From Squalus acanthias (taxonomy: Eukaryota), in the NCBI GenBank assembly GCA_030390025.1, contig CM059425.1, positions 170,688,001-170,752,000 of the forward strand: a stretch of 64,000 bases of DNA, written 5' to 3'. Made by a program: the position numbers and the translations under genes. A model generated the notes under the pieces. The model was not told where the DNA came from and did not search any database. It was given only the letters and a program-made list of their open reading frames with translations. Shown here one piece after another: positions 38,425 through 51,046 of the stretch. Each line of letters opens with the position of its first letter. The first letter of the stretch is position 1.

Positions 38425-41400
38425 CATAGAAACATAGAAAAATAGGAGCAGAAGTAAGCCATTCGGCCCTTCGAGCCTGCTCCACCATTCATTATGATAA
38501 TGGCTGATCCTCTATCTCAATACCATATTCCCGCTCTCTCCCCATACCCCTTGATGCCTTTTATGTCTTGGAATCTATCTATCTCCTTCTTAAATATATT
38601 CAGTGACTTGGCCTCCACAGCCTTCTGTGGTAGAAAATTCTACAGGTTCACCATCCTCTGAGTGAAGAAATTTCTCCTCATCTCAGTCCTAAATGTCCTA
38701 CCCCTTATCCTGAGACTGTGATCCCTCGTTCTAGACCCCCCAGCCAGGGGAAACATCCTCCCTGCATACAGTCTATCTAGCCCTGTCATTTCAATGAGAT
38801 CCCCTCTCATTCCTCTAAACTCTAGTGAATACAGGCCTAGTCGACCCAATCTCTCCTCATACGAAAGTTCTACCATCCCAGGAATCAGTCTGGTGAACCT
38901 TCGTTGCACTCCCTCTATGGCAAGTATATCCTTTCTTAGGTAAGGAGACCAAAACTGCACACAGTACTCCATGTGTGGTCTCACCAAGGCCCTGTATAAC
39001 TGTAGTAAGACAGCCTTGCTCCTGTACTCAAATCCTCTTGCAATGAAGGCCAACATACTATTTGCCTTCCTAACTGCTTGCTGCACCTGCATGTTTGCTT
39101 TCAGTGATTGGTGTACAAGGACAGCCAAGTCCCTCTGTACATCAACATTTCCCAATCTATCACCATTTAAATAATACTCTGCCTTTCTGTTTTTTCTACC
39201 GAAGTGGATAACTTCACATTTATCCACGTTATACTGCATCTGCCATGTATTTGCCCATTCACTCAACTTGTCTAAATCGCCTTAAAGCCTCTTTGCATCC
39301 TCCTCACAACTCACAATCCCACCTAGTTTCGTGTCATCAGCAAACTTGGAAATATTACATTTGGTTCCCTCATCCAAATCATTGATATATATTGTGAATA
39401 GCTTGGGGCCCAAGCACTGATCCCTGCGGTACCCCACTAGTCACCGCCTTCCACCCCGAAAAAGACCCATTTATTCCTACTCTCTGTTTCCTGTCTGTTA
39501 ACCAATTTTCAATCCATGCCAGTATATTACCCCCAATCCCATGTGCTTTAATTTTGCACACAAACCTCTTATGTGGGACTTTATCAAAGGCCTTCTGAAA
39601 ATCCAAATACACCACATCCACTGGTTCTCCCTTATCTATTCTACCAGTTACATCCTCAAAAAACTCCAGTGGGTTTGTCAAACACGATTTCCCTTTCATA
39701 AATCCATGTTGATTTTGTCTAATCCCATTGATATTTTCTAAGTGTCCTGTTATCACATCCTTTATAATAGACTCTAGCATTTTCCCTACTACTGATGTTA
39801 GGCTAACCGGTCTGTAGTTCCCTGTTTTCTCTCTCCCTCCTTTTTTAAATAGTGGGGTTACATTTGCCACCCTCCAATCTGCAGGAACTGTTCCATAATC
39901 TATAGAATTTTAGAAGATGACAATCAATGCATCCACTATTTCCATGGTTACTGCTTTTAGTACTCTGGGATGCAAATTATCAGGCCTTGGGGATTTATCG
40001 GCTTTCAGTCCCATTAATTTCTCCAGCACTATTTTTTTACTAATACTAATTTCCTTTAATTCCTCCTTCTCACTAGACTATTGGTTCCCTAGCATTTCTG
40101 GGAAGTTATTTGTGTCCTCTTCCGTGAAGACAGAACCAAAGTATTTGTTTAATTGCTCTGCCATTTCCTTGTTCCCCATTATAAATTCTCCCGTTTCTGA
40201 CTGTAAGGGACCTACATTTGTCTTCACTAATCTTTTTCTTTTTATATACTTGTAGAAGCTTTTACAGTACGCTTTTATGTTCCTTGCAAGTTTACTCTCA
40301 TACTCTATTTTTCCCATCTTAATCAATCTCTTGGCCCTTTTTTGCTGAACTCTAAACTGCTCCCAATCCTCAGGCTTTCTACTTTTTCTGGCAACTTTAT
40401 ATGACTCCTCTTTGGATCTAATACTATCCTTAATTTCTTTTGTTAGCCATGGTTGGGCCGCTTTTCCTTTTGTGTTTTTGCGCCAGAACGGAATGTATAA
40501 CTGTTGCAATTCATGCATTCGTTCCTTTAATGTTAGCCATTGCCTATCCACCGTCATGCCTCTTAATGAAGCTCCCCAATCTATCATAGCCAACTCACTC
40601 CTCATACCTTCATAGTTTCCTTTGTTTAGATTTAGGACCCTAGCTTCAGACTTCTTCACTTTCCATCTTAATGAAGAATTCTATCATGTTATGGTCACCC
40701 TTCCCTAAAGGACCCCGCACAACAAGATTATTAATTAACCCCTTCTCATTGCACAATACCCAATCTAGGATAGCCTGTTCCCTAGTTGGCTCCTCAACGT
40801 ACTGGTCTAAAAAACCATCTCGTACACACTCCAGGAATTCATCCTCCACAGTATTATTGCTAATTTGGTTTGGCCAGTCCATATGTAGATTAAAGTCACC
40901 CATGATTACTGGAGTACCCTTGTTACATGCATCTCTAATTTCCTGTTTGATGCCATTTCCTACATTACCACTACTGTTTGGAGGCCTATAGATAACTCCC
41001 ACCAATGTTTTCTGCCCCTTGGTGCTTCTTAGCTCCACCCAAACTGATTCTACATCTTGATTTTCTGAGCCCATATCCTTTCTCACTATTGCTCTGATTT
41101 CATCCTTTACTAACAACGCCACCCCACCTCCTTTTCCTTTTTGCCTGTCCTTCCTAAATATCGAATATCCTTGGATATTCAGCTCCCAGCCTTGGTCACC
41201 CTGCAGCCATGTCTCCGTAATCGCAATTATATCGTATCCGTTTACATCTATTTGCGCTGTTAATTCGTCCATCTTATTACGAATGCTTCGTGCATTCAGA
41301 TACAGTGCCTTTAGATTGGTCTTTTTAACATTTTTCGACATCTTAACATTTATTTGTACTGTGGTCCTATTTGTCTTATTACCATTTTCTCTTACCCGGA

Positions 41401-42985
41401 CCCTATTTGTTGGTGCACTCTTTTGTTTGTACGCTCTGTCCCTTCCTGACACAATCTGGTTATCCTTACCCCAATCCCTTTCCTGCACTGCTTCCTTGTC
41501 TTTTCTCTTTAGCATTCTAGATTTCTCTCTACCGGGACCCTCCCCCCACCCCCCTTATTTAGTTTAAAGCCCTATCTATCTCCCTAGTTATTCAATTCGC
41601 TAGAACTCTGGTCCCAGCATGGTTCAGGTGTAGTCCATCCCAACAGAACATCTCTCTCTTTCTCCAGTACTGGTGCCAATGCCCCACGAATCGAAACCCA
41701 CTTCTCCCACACCAATCTTTGAGCCACGCATTCATCTCCCTGATCCTATTGACCCTATGCCAATTTGCCCGTGGTTCCGGTAATAAGCCAGAGATTATGA
41801 CCTTTGTGGTTCTGCTTTTTAATTTAGTCCCTAGCTGCTCAAAAACTCTCTCAGCAGAACCTCTTTCTTTGTCCTACCTATGTCGTTGGTACCTACATGG
41901 ACCATGACAACTGGATCCTCCCCCTCCCACTCCAAGTTCTTCTCCAGCCCGGAGGAGATGTCCTTTACCCTGGAACCGGGTCGGCAAAATAGCCTTCGGG
42001 ACTCACGCTCCTGGCTGCAGAGAACAGTGTCTATCCCCCTAACTCTGCTGTCACCTACTACAACCTCCTTCCTTTTTACACCCCCCACTTGAACGGCTTC
42101 CTGTACCATGGTGCCGTGGTCAGTTTGCTCGTCCTCCCCGCAGTCGTCCACAAGGGTTGCAAGAACCTCGAATCTATTGGACAAGTTGCAGGGACTGAGG
42201 CTCCTGCAATACTACCTCCTGGATCCCCGTACCTGCCTCACTCGCAGTCACACCCTCCTGTCCCTGACCACGTGTCAATTCTAAAGTATTTAATCGAAGG
42301 GGTGTGGCTGCCTCCTGGAGCAAACGGTCCAGGTAACTTTCTCCCTCCCTGATGTCTCGCAATGTCTGCAGCTCGAACGCCAGCTCCTCAACTCGGAGCC
42401 GAAGTTCCTCAAGCCGCAGACGCTTACCGCAGATGTCCTCACCCAGGACAAAAATGTCCACAAGCTCCCACATATTGCAGCAGCAACATATCTCCTGTTC
42501 TCCCATTATTTTATTTATTTAATTAATTAGTTTAGAGTTAATGAAATTATTTACCTCGTTTAGTTTATTAAATTAATTAAATTAAGTTTAGTTTTTAAAA
42601 TTTAGTTATATGTTATCTTAAAACTTAGCCCACAGTCACTACCAATCACTTACCTGCCTTACCTGTGACGTCACACTGCCGTTTTCTCTTGTTGATGCAG
42701 GTCTGCTGCTGCTTTTATCCCCACTCTCGGGCCTTGGTCTGCTCCCGCTCAGGTCCACCGCCGCTCTGCGGGAGAAGTTAGGAAAAGCAAGCACCTCCTT
42801 CCCCCACTTCACGGAACTCCCACACTTACCAAACTCCCAGTAGTTCACTCCGTGCTCGCTGCACACACAGGCCCCTGTGTGTATACTGTTTGTGACTCAG
42901 ATGAGTCAGCACTGCTCTGCTACTATTTCAGGAACCAGTTTAATCCAGTTAGCTAATTAACTACTACTACAGCAGCTCTCCAGCA
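38425..42985 (-). mobile_element. Full-length CR1 LINE with frameshifted ORF1 and ORF2
   Basis: 5' UTR ~42985-42510; ORF1 42506-~41560 (CCCCNMW, GDSRVRG, HVGTND); ORF2 41515-~38530 (YLNARS, ITETWL, GDFN, QHGFMKGKSCLTN, GVPQGSVLGP); (tttctatg)n tail at 38425. Confidence 0.93.
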
Positions 42986-44640
42986 GTAGAAGTGAAAAAG
43001 GTAGAAGCAATGGTAGGGGTGAGAATTGATAGACCGGATGTACCAGAAAGGCTGGGTATGCTTAGAGTGGACAAGTCGCCTGGTCCAGATGGCTTGCATC
43101 CCAGGTTGCTAAGGGAATTGGGGGAGGAGATATCGGAAGGGCTTGCCATAATTTTCCAATCTTCCCTAGATGCGGGGGAGGTGCCTGAGGATTGGAAAGT
43201 GGCGAATGTGACATCATTGTTCAAGAAAGGGTGTAAGGGCAATCCTAGTAACTACAGACTGGTCAGTTTAACATCAGTGGTGGGTAAAGTTTTAGAAACA
43301 ATAATCAAGGAAAAAAATTAACAGTCACTTGGAGAGGTTTAAGCTAATTAATGAGACCCAACATGGATTTGTAAAAGGCAGATCGTGTTTGACTACTCTA
43401 ATTGAAATTTTTGATGAAGTAACAGAGAGGATTGATGAAGAGAATGCAATGGATGTTGTCTACATGGATTTTCAGAAGGCGTTTGACAAAGTGCCACATA
43501 GAAGGCTGGTTAACAAAATTGAGGCTCATGGAATAGGTGGGTCAGTGGCAGCTTGGATAAGGAATTGGCTTAAGGACAGAAAACAGCGAGGTGTGGTAAA
43601 TGGCTATTTTTCAGACTGGAGGATGGTAGACAGTGGTGTTCCCCAAGGGTCAGTGCTGGGACCGCTGCTTTTTTTGATGTATATAAATGACCTGGATATT
43701 GGAATACAGAGTAGAATTTCTAAATTTGCCAATGACAACAAACTTGGGGGTATGGCAAACAGTGATGATGATACCAATCGACTGCAACAGGACATAGAAA
43801 GGCTAGCAGAATGGGCAGACAACTGGCAGATGGAATTTAAAACAGAGAAGTGTGAGGTGATGCATTTTGGCAGAAGGAACAGGGAGAGGCAATATACACT
43901 TAATGGCACAGTTTTAAAGAGTGTGCAGGGACAGAGGGACCTGGAGTTAATGTGCATAGGTCCCTGGAGGTGGCGGGACATACTGAGAGTGTGGTTCGCA
44001 AAGCATATGGGATCTTGGGCTTCATAAATAGAGGTATTGAGTACAAAAGTAGAGAAGTTATGCTGAACCTTTATAAAGTGCTGGTTAGCCCACAACTGGA
44101 GTATTGCGTCCAGTTCTGGTCACCACACTTTAGGAAGGATGTGAAGGCCCTTGAGAGGGTGCAGAGGAGATTTACCAGAATGGTTCTGGGGATCGGGGAT
44201 CTTAGCTACAGGGACAGGTTGGAGAAGCTGGATTTGTTTTCATTAGAGCAAAGGAGGTTGCGGGGTGATTTGATAGAGGTGTACAAGATTATGACGGGTT
44301 TGGATAGGCTTGACAGGGAATGGCTGTTCCCACTAGTTGATGGTGCAAGGAATAGTGGTCACAGATTTAAGGTTTTGGGCAAGAGATACAAGGGGGATAT
44401 GAGGAAAAACTTATTTACGCAGCGAGTGGTGAGGACCTGGAACTCGCTGCCGACGGAAGTGGTGGAAGCGGAGACACTCAATGTTTTCAAGGGGAAACTG
44501 GATAGGCACTTGAGGGAAATAAACTTGCAGGGCTACGGGGATAGAGCGGGGGAATGGGACTGACTAGATTGCCCTGCAGAGAGCCGGCACGGACTCAATG
44601 GGCCGAATGGCCTCCTTCTGTGTCGTTACGACTCTTTGAA
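42986..44640 (+). mobile_element. CR1 LINE RT and 3' end
   Basis: ORFs 42992-43321, 43329-44027 and 43952-44563 carry the RT motifs; 3' UTR ggccgaatggcctccttctgtg. Confidence 0.92.
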
Positions 44641-45952
44641 TGTTGTGAGGGTTCCTGCCTCTACCACCTTTTCAGGCAGTGAGTTCCAGATTCCAACCAC
44701 CCTCTGGGTGAAAAAGTTTTTCCTCAAATCCCCTCTAAACCTCCTGCCCCTTGAAACTATGCCCCCTGGTTATTGACCCCTCTACTAATGGGAAAAGTTC
44801 CTTTCTATCTACCCTATCTATGCCCCTCATAATTTTGTACACCTCAATCAGGTCCCCCCCTCAGCCTTCTCTGCTCTAAGGAAAACAACCCCAGCCTGTC
44901 CAGTCTCTCTTCATAACTGAAGCGCTCCAGCCCAGGTAAGATCCTGGTGAATCTCCTCTACACCCTCTCCAATGCAATCACATCCTTCCTAGAGTGTGGC
45001 GACCAGAACTGCACACAGTATTCCAGCTGTGGCCTAACTAGCGTTTTGTACAGCTCCATCTTAACCTCCCTGCTCTTATATTCTATGCCTCGGCTAATGA
45101 AGGCAAGTATCCCATATGCCTTTTTAACGACCTTATCTACCTGTCCTGCTGCCTTCAGGGATCTATGTACATGCACACCAAGGACCCTCTGATCCTCTGT
45201 CCTTCCAAGGGTCCTACCATTCATTTTGTATTCCCTTGCCTTGTTAGTCCTCCCAAAATGCATCACCTCACACTTTTCAGGGTTAAATTCCATTTGCCAC
45301 TGTTCTGCCCATCTGACCAACCCGTCTATATCGTCCTGTAGCCTGAGGCTTCCCTCCTCGCTATTTACCACTCCACCAATTTTCGTGTCATCTGCGAACT
45401 TACTAATCATACCTCCTACATTCATATCTAAATCATTAATGTACACTACAAACAGCAAAGCACCCAGCACCAATCCCTGCGGTACACCACTGGACACAGG
45501 CTTCCAGTCACAAAAACAACCTTCGACCATCACCCTCTGCCTCCTGCCACTAAGCCAATTTTGGATCCAATGTGCCAAATTGCCCTGGATCCCATGGGCT
45601 CTTATCTTATTGACCAGTCTCCCATGTGGGACTTTGTCAAAAGCCTTACTGAAGTCCATCTAGACTACATCAACTGCACTACCCTCATCCACACACCTAG
45701 TCACCCCCTCGAAAAATTCAATCAAATTGGTTGGACATGATCTCCCCCTGACAAACCAATACTGACTATCCTTGATTAATCCTTGCCTCTCCAAGTGGAG
45801 ACTAATTCTGTCCCTCAGAATTTTTTCCAATAATTTCCCTACCACTGATGTTAGGCTCACTGGCCTGTAATTCCATGGTTTATCCCTACTACCCTTCTTG
45901 AACAATGGTACTATGTTAGCTGTCCTCCAGTCCTCTGGCACCTCCCCTGTGG

Positions 45953-46046
45953 ACAAAATTGAGAGGTCGCACAACACCATAACCTGGTGTTGTGCGACCT
46001 CTCAATTTTGTCCACCCCAGTCCAACACCGGCATCTCCGCATCATG
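45953..46046. mobile_element. Penelope-type terminal fragment with inverted duplication and 13-bp TSD
   Basis: Flanked by ACCTCCCCTGTGG at 45940-45952 and 46047-46059. Perfect 31-bp inverted repeat 45949-45979 / 45985-46015, then ccccagtccaacaccggcatctccgcatcatg. Confidence 0.75.
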
Positions 46047-46780
46047 ACCTCCCCTGTGGCCAGAGAGGTTCTGAAAATTTGTGTCAGAGCCCCTGCAATC
46101 TCCTCCCTTGCCTCACACAGCAGCCTGGGATACATCTCATCTGGGCCTGGGGATTTATCCACTTTTAAGCCTGCTAAAACCGTTAGTACCTCCTCCCTCT
46201 CAATACTAATTTGTTCAAGTATATCACAATCTCCCTGCCTGATTTCTATGCCTACATCGTCCTTCTCCATAGTGAACACAGATGCAAAATATTCATTTAA
46301 AACCTCACCTACATCTTCTGGCTCTACACACAGATGGCCAGTTTGGTCCCTAATGGGCCCTACTCTTTCCCTGGTTATCCTCTTGCCCTTAATATACTTA
46401 TAAACACCTTGGGATTTTCCTTTATTTTGCCAGCCAATGTTTTTGCATGCCCCCTCTTCGCTCTCCTAATTTTTTTTTTTAAGTACCCCCCTGCACTTTC
46501 TATACTCCTCTAGGACTTCCACTGTTTTTAGTCCTTTGTATCTGCTAAAAGCCTCCCTCTTTTTCCTAATCCATTCTTGTATATCCCTTGACATCCAGGG
46601 TTCCCTGGGCTTGTTGGTCCCACCCTTGACCTTTACGGGAACATGTTGGCGTTGTCCTTTCTGAAAGACTCCCACTGCTCTGATGTGGATTTTCCTACAA
46701 GTAGCTGATCCCAGTCCACTTTGGCCAGATCCTGCCTTATCATATTAAAATCGGCCTTCCCCCAATTTAGAACCTTTATT

Positions 46781-48310
46781 TACATAAGAACATAAGAACA
46801 TAAGAAATAGGAGCAGGAGTAGGCCAATCGGCCCCTCGAGCCTGCTCCGCCATTCAATAAGATCATGGCTGATCTGATCCTAACCTCAAATCTAAAGAAC
46901 ACAAGAAGTAGGAGCAGGACCCGGCCACTCAGCCCCTGGGCCCGCTCCAGCACCCACAGGGCCTTGACCGATCCGAACTCAGCCTCATGTCCAATTTCCT
47001 GCCCGCTCCCCGTAACCCCTAATTCCCTTTACTTCCAGGAAACTGTCTATTTCTGTTTTAAATTTATTTAATGATGTAGCTTCCACAGCTTCCTGGGGCA
47101 GCAAATTCCACAGACCTACTACCCTCTGAGTGAAGAAGTTTCTCCTCATCTCAGTTTTGAAAGAGCAGCCCCTTATTCTAAGATTATGCCCCCTAGTTCT
47201 AGTTTCACCCATCCTTGGGAACATCCTTACCGCATCCACCCGATCAAGCCCCTTCACAATCTTATATGTTTCAATAAGATCGTCTCTCATTCTTCTGAAC
47301 TCCAATGAGTAGAGTCCCAATCTACTCAACCTCTCCTCATATGTCCACCCTCTCATCCCCGAGATTAACCGAGTGAACCTTCTTTGTACTGCCTCGAGAG
47401 CAAGTATGTCTTTTCTTAAGTATGGACGCCAAAACTGTATGCAGTATTCCAGGTGCGGTCTCACCAATACCTTATATAACTGCAGCAATACCTCCCTGTT
47501 TTATAATCTAGCCCCCTAGCAATAAAAGCCAACATTCCGTTGGCCTTCTTGATCACCTGCTGCACCTGCATACTAACTTTTTGATTTTCTTGCACTAGGA
47601 CCCCCAGATCCCTTTGTACTGCAGTACTTTCCAGTTTCTCGCCATTAAGATAATAACTTGCTCTCTGATTTTTCCTGCCAAAGTGCATAACCTCACATTT
47701 TCCAATATTGTATTGCATCTGCCAAATCTCCGCCCACTCACCCAGCCTGTCTATATCCCCTTGTAGGTTTTTTATGTCCTCCTCACTTTCTACTTTCCCT
47801 CCCATCTTTGTCTCATCTACAAACTTTGATATGTTACACTCGGTCCCCTCCTCCAAATCGTTAATATAGATTGTAAAGAGTTGGGGACCCAGCACCGACC
47901 CCTGCAGAACACCACTGGCTACTGGTTGCCAGTCCGAGAATGAACCATTTATCCCAACTCTCTGCTTCCTGTTAGTTAACCAATCCTCCGCCCATGCCAG
48001 AATATTACCCCCAATCCAGTGATTTATCTTGAGCAATAATCTTTTATGTGGCACCTTGTCGAATGCCTTCTGGAAGTCTAAATACACTACGTCCACTGGT
48101 TCCCCTTTATCCACCCTGTATGTTATGTCCTCAAAGAACTCAAGCAAATTTGTCAGACATGACTTCCCCTTCATAAAGCCATGCTGACTTTGTCCTATTA
48201 AATTATGTTTATCTAAATGTTCCGTTACTGTCTCCTTAATAATAGACTCCAAAATTTTACCTACCACAGATGTTAGGCTATAATTTCCAGCCTTCTGCCT
48301 ACTACCCTTT
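46781..48310 (-). mobile_element. 5'-truncated CR1 nested in 44641-49195
   Basis: RT ORFs 47461-48267 and 46985-47488; (ttcttatg)n tail at 46781-46810. The host resumes across the insert (KDKDGPE | IKVLNWGKA). Confidence 0.9.
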
Positions 48311-49195
48311 TTTCCGGTCCATCTTTGTCCTTTTCCATGACTACCTTAAATCTCACCGAATTATGGTCACTGTCACCAAAATGCTCTCCTACTGACACTT
48401 CTACCACTTGCCCGGCTACATTCCCTAGAATTAGGTCCAGTACCGCCCCCTCTCTTGTAGGACTTTCTACATGCTGGCTCAAAAAGCTCTCCTGGATGCA
48501 CTTTAAAAATTCCACACCCTCTAAGCCTTTCACACTCTGACTATCCCAGTTAATATTGGGGAAGTTGAAATCCCCTACTATTATTACCCTATTATTTCTA
48601 CACTTCTCTGAGATTTGCCTACATATCTGTTCCTCTATCACCCCCTGACTATTTGGGGGCCTATAGTACACTCCCAGCAAAGTGCTTGCCCCCTTTTTGT
48701 TTTTAAGTTCTACCCATATGGCTTCATTAGAGGAACCTGCTAAGATATCATCCCTCCTTACAGCAGTAATTGACTCCTTGATTAATATGGCGACACCCCC
48801 TCCTCTTTTACACCCCCCTCTGTCTCGCCTGAAGATTCTATACCCTGGAATATTGAGCTGCCAGTCCTGCCCCTCCCTCAACCATGTCTCTGTGATAGCA
48901 ACAATATCATACTCCCATGTGTTCATCAACTTCTTCAATTCATCTGCCTTACTCGCAAGACTCCTTGCATTAAAATAAATGCCATCCAGCCTTGCCATAC
49001 TCCGTTGTGCCGTTACATATTTGCTCTGCCTTCCAGGCTGACTTGTTTTTTCCTCTATATTTGGCTGTGCATCACCCCCTACTATAGCTCCACTCTATAT
49101 CCCATCCCCCTGCCAATTTAGTTTAAACCCCCCCCCCCCCCCCTGCCAACAGTACTAGCAAACCTCCCCGCAAAGATGTTGGTCCCGTTCCGGTT

Positions 49196-49390
49196 AACAG
49201 GCAGTTAAAAGGATTTAATCTCTTTCCCGCCTCCAGGAGACGGGACCCAAAGCAGCACATCTTCCCGCCTCATGGCAAAAGGGCACGGATGCGGGATGGG
49301 GGCGGGTTTGCCATCCGCCCCCACTTTCTGCTACTTTACTGGCAGTCCCGCCTCCATGCCCACCTCCTCGGGGCTGAGAAAATCCAGCCC
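49196..49390. mobile_element. Right half of a Harbinger-type MITE
   Basis: ttaacaggcagtt and cccgcctcc motifs shared with 24826-25669; ends in AAAATCCAGCCC. Confidence 0.6.
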
Positions 49391-49744
49391 TATGACTACG
49401 TTATGACCCTATGACCACCAGGCTGAGAAGGAGCAGAGACTGATAATGGTCCTGATGCAGAACTTGGCAGTTAGAAGTTTAGACTTATACTTGACATTGC
49501 AGACCAACTGCATATTCATGAATTGGAACCATTTTCTGAAAGCTGGCCTCCTTATGGACAAATGGTCTCCATACAATGAATTGACCTCGGAACAGTCAGC
49601 AAACCCTCAATTTGGAAGAACTTCCATCTGGCTTCTTATTATTACTCGGCAGTCTTAGGGAAACATATGATGGCTTGTTCTCCTGACAAGAGCAGCAATC
49701 ACCTGAGGCACACAAAGCAACATAAATGCTTTTCTGATAAGAAG

Positions 49745-50295
49745 AACTTACATTTATATAGCACCTTTCACAGCCTCAAGACATACCAAAATGCTTCACA
49801 GCCAGTGAAGTACTTTTCAATTGTAGTCACTGTTGCATTTCGGACAAATGTAGCAGCCAATTTGCAAACAGCAAGATTCCCACAAAAAGCAATGAGATAA
49901 ATAGCCAGTTAATGTTTTGGTGATGTTGGTTAATGGACAAACTCCCCTGCCCTTCTTCAAATAGTACCATAAAGGAAGTCTTGCATTTATACCATTTGTA
50001 TAGCGCCTTTCATGACTTCAGGATGTCCCAAAGCGCCTTACAGCCAATGAAGTACTTTTGAAGTGTAGTCACTGTTGAAATGTAGGAATGAGATCTGTTG
50101 TAATAATATCTTTTACTTCCACCTAAGAGTGCAGATTCTTTAACATCTCATCGAAAAACAGCACTTCCGAGAGTGCAGCACTCCCTCAGTACTGCGCTGA
50201 AGTGTCGGCCTAGATTATTTGCTCAAATCTCCACAGTGGGGCTTGAATCCACAACCTTCTGATTCAACGGTGAGAGTGCCATCACTGTATCATGG
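49745..50295 (-). mobile_element. Deu-domain SINE pieces (SacSINE1/AmnSINE-like), partly duplicated
   Basis: gcagccaatttgcaaacagcaagattcccacaaaaagcaatg, a tRNA-like head near 50230-50295 and an L2-like tail ttgcatttatatagc; 3' segment repeated at ~49978-50090. Confidence 0.7.
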
Positions 50296-50687
50296 CTAAT
50301 ACTGATGCCAGATATGTCCCTTATATATATCCCAAATATGCTGGAAGCAAATATTAGTGATTTAACTTTAACTTGATTTATAGCAGAACTGAAACTCAAT
50401 GTATTCCTTGAACACATTGCAAAGTCCAGAATCCCCAGTTTATTAAAGCCAATAAATCACCTGGATGTCCATATGCTACATTAGACATGTTGTGGATGAG
50501 GTTTCCACACAATTGAAAACATTCCCATGTTATTGTCACCTTCGCATCAGGTACAAATACGAAGAAATACGTTTTATTATTATTAACACAGAAAATCCAT
50601 CCACAGTGCTGAAATATATAGTGAAAAATTCGCCAAAAAAATAAAGAGGGAAAAATGATCAGCTCTGGCTGTCTTAAGCTGACTTAC

Positions 50688-50770
50688 CTCATTGAGTTTT
50701 AATGAAACATGTCCATTTTTGATTAGATCTATGGTGAAGCTCTGCATGATTAATTCAAACTGAATTATAT
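50688..50770 (-). other. Candidate 83-nt exon of an unknown host gene (IIQFELIMQSFTIDLIKNGHVSLKLNE)
   Basis: Minus strand tgtatttctgctacAG|AT...AATGAG|GTAAGT; open, phase 1 to phase 0, in unique DNA. No recognised homology. Confidence 0.25.
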
Positions 50771-51046
50771 CTGTAGCAGAAATACAGTGGTGCTGTGGAT
50801 AGCGCTCATATTCAATATAACAACAAACTGCCCAATTTAATTGGTCATGCAGGCCGCTCACTTACACTGTCAGTCAGTGACACAGCATCGTTGCACTTCC
50901 AAATTTTTACAATAGAACCTGACTAGCAATTAAACAATATTAATTCTCCTTCTGTATCTACAGATATTGAACTATGCATTAGGAGAGGCCAGTAGCACTG
51001 CATATCAATTTATAGCAAAATGACAGCAGATTCGAATAGAAACTAA

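Larger units (their letters stand above)
36013..38425 (+). mobile_element. CR1 LINE 5' half (5' UTR, ORF1, endonuclease)
   Basis: ORF1 is followed by APE motifs YDVVAMTETWL, GVYYRPP, GDFNYP and GTSDH; cut at ~38425 by an antiparallel CR1. Confidence 0.92.
44641..49195 (-). mobile_element. CR1 LINE (end of ORF1 through most of ORF2), 3' end missing, interrupted twice
   Basis: APE ORF 48273-48998; RT ORFs 45911-46279, 45660-45980 and 44958-45659; split by inserts at 46781-48310 and 45953-46046. Confidence 0.9.
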
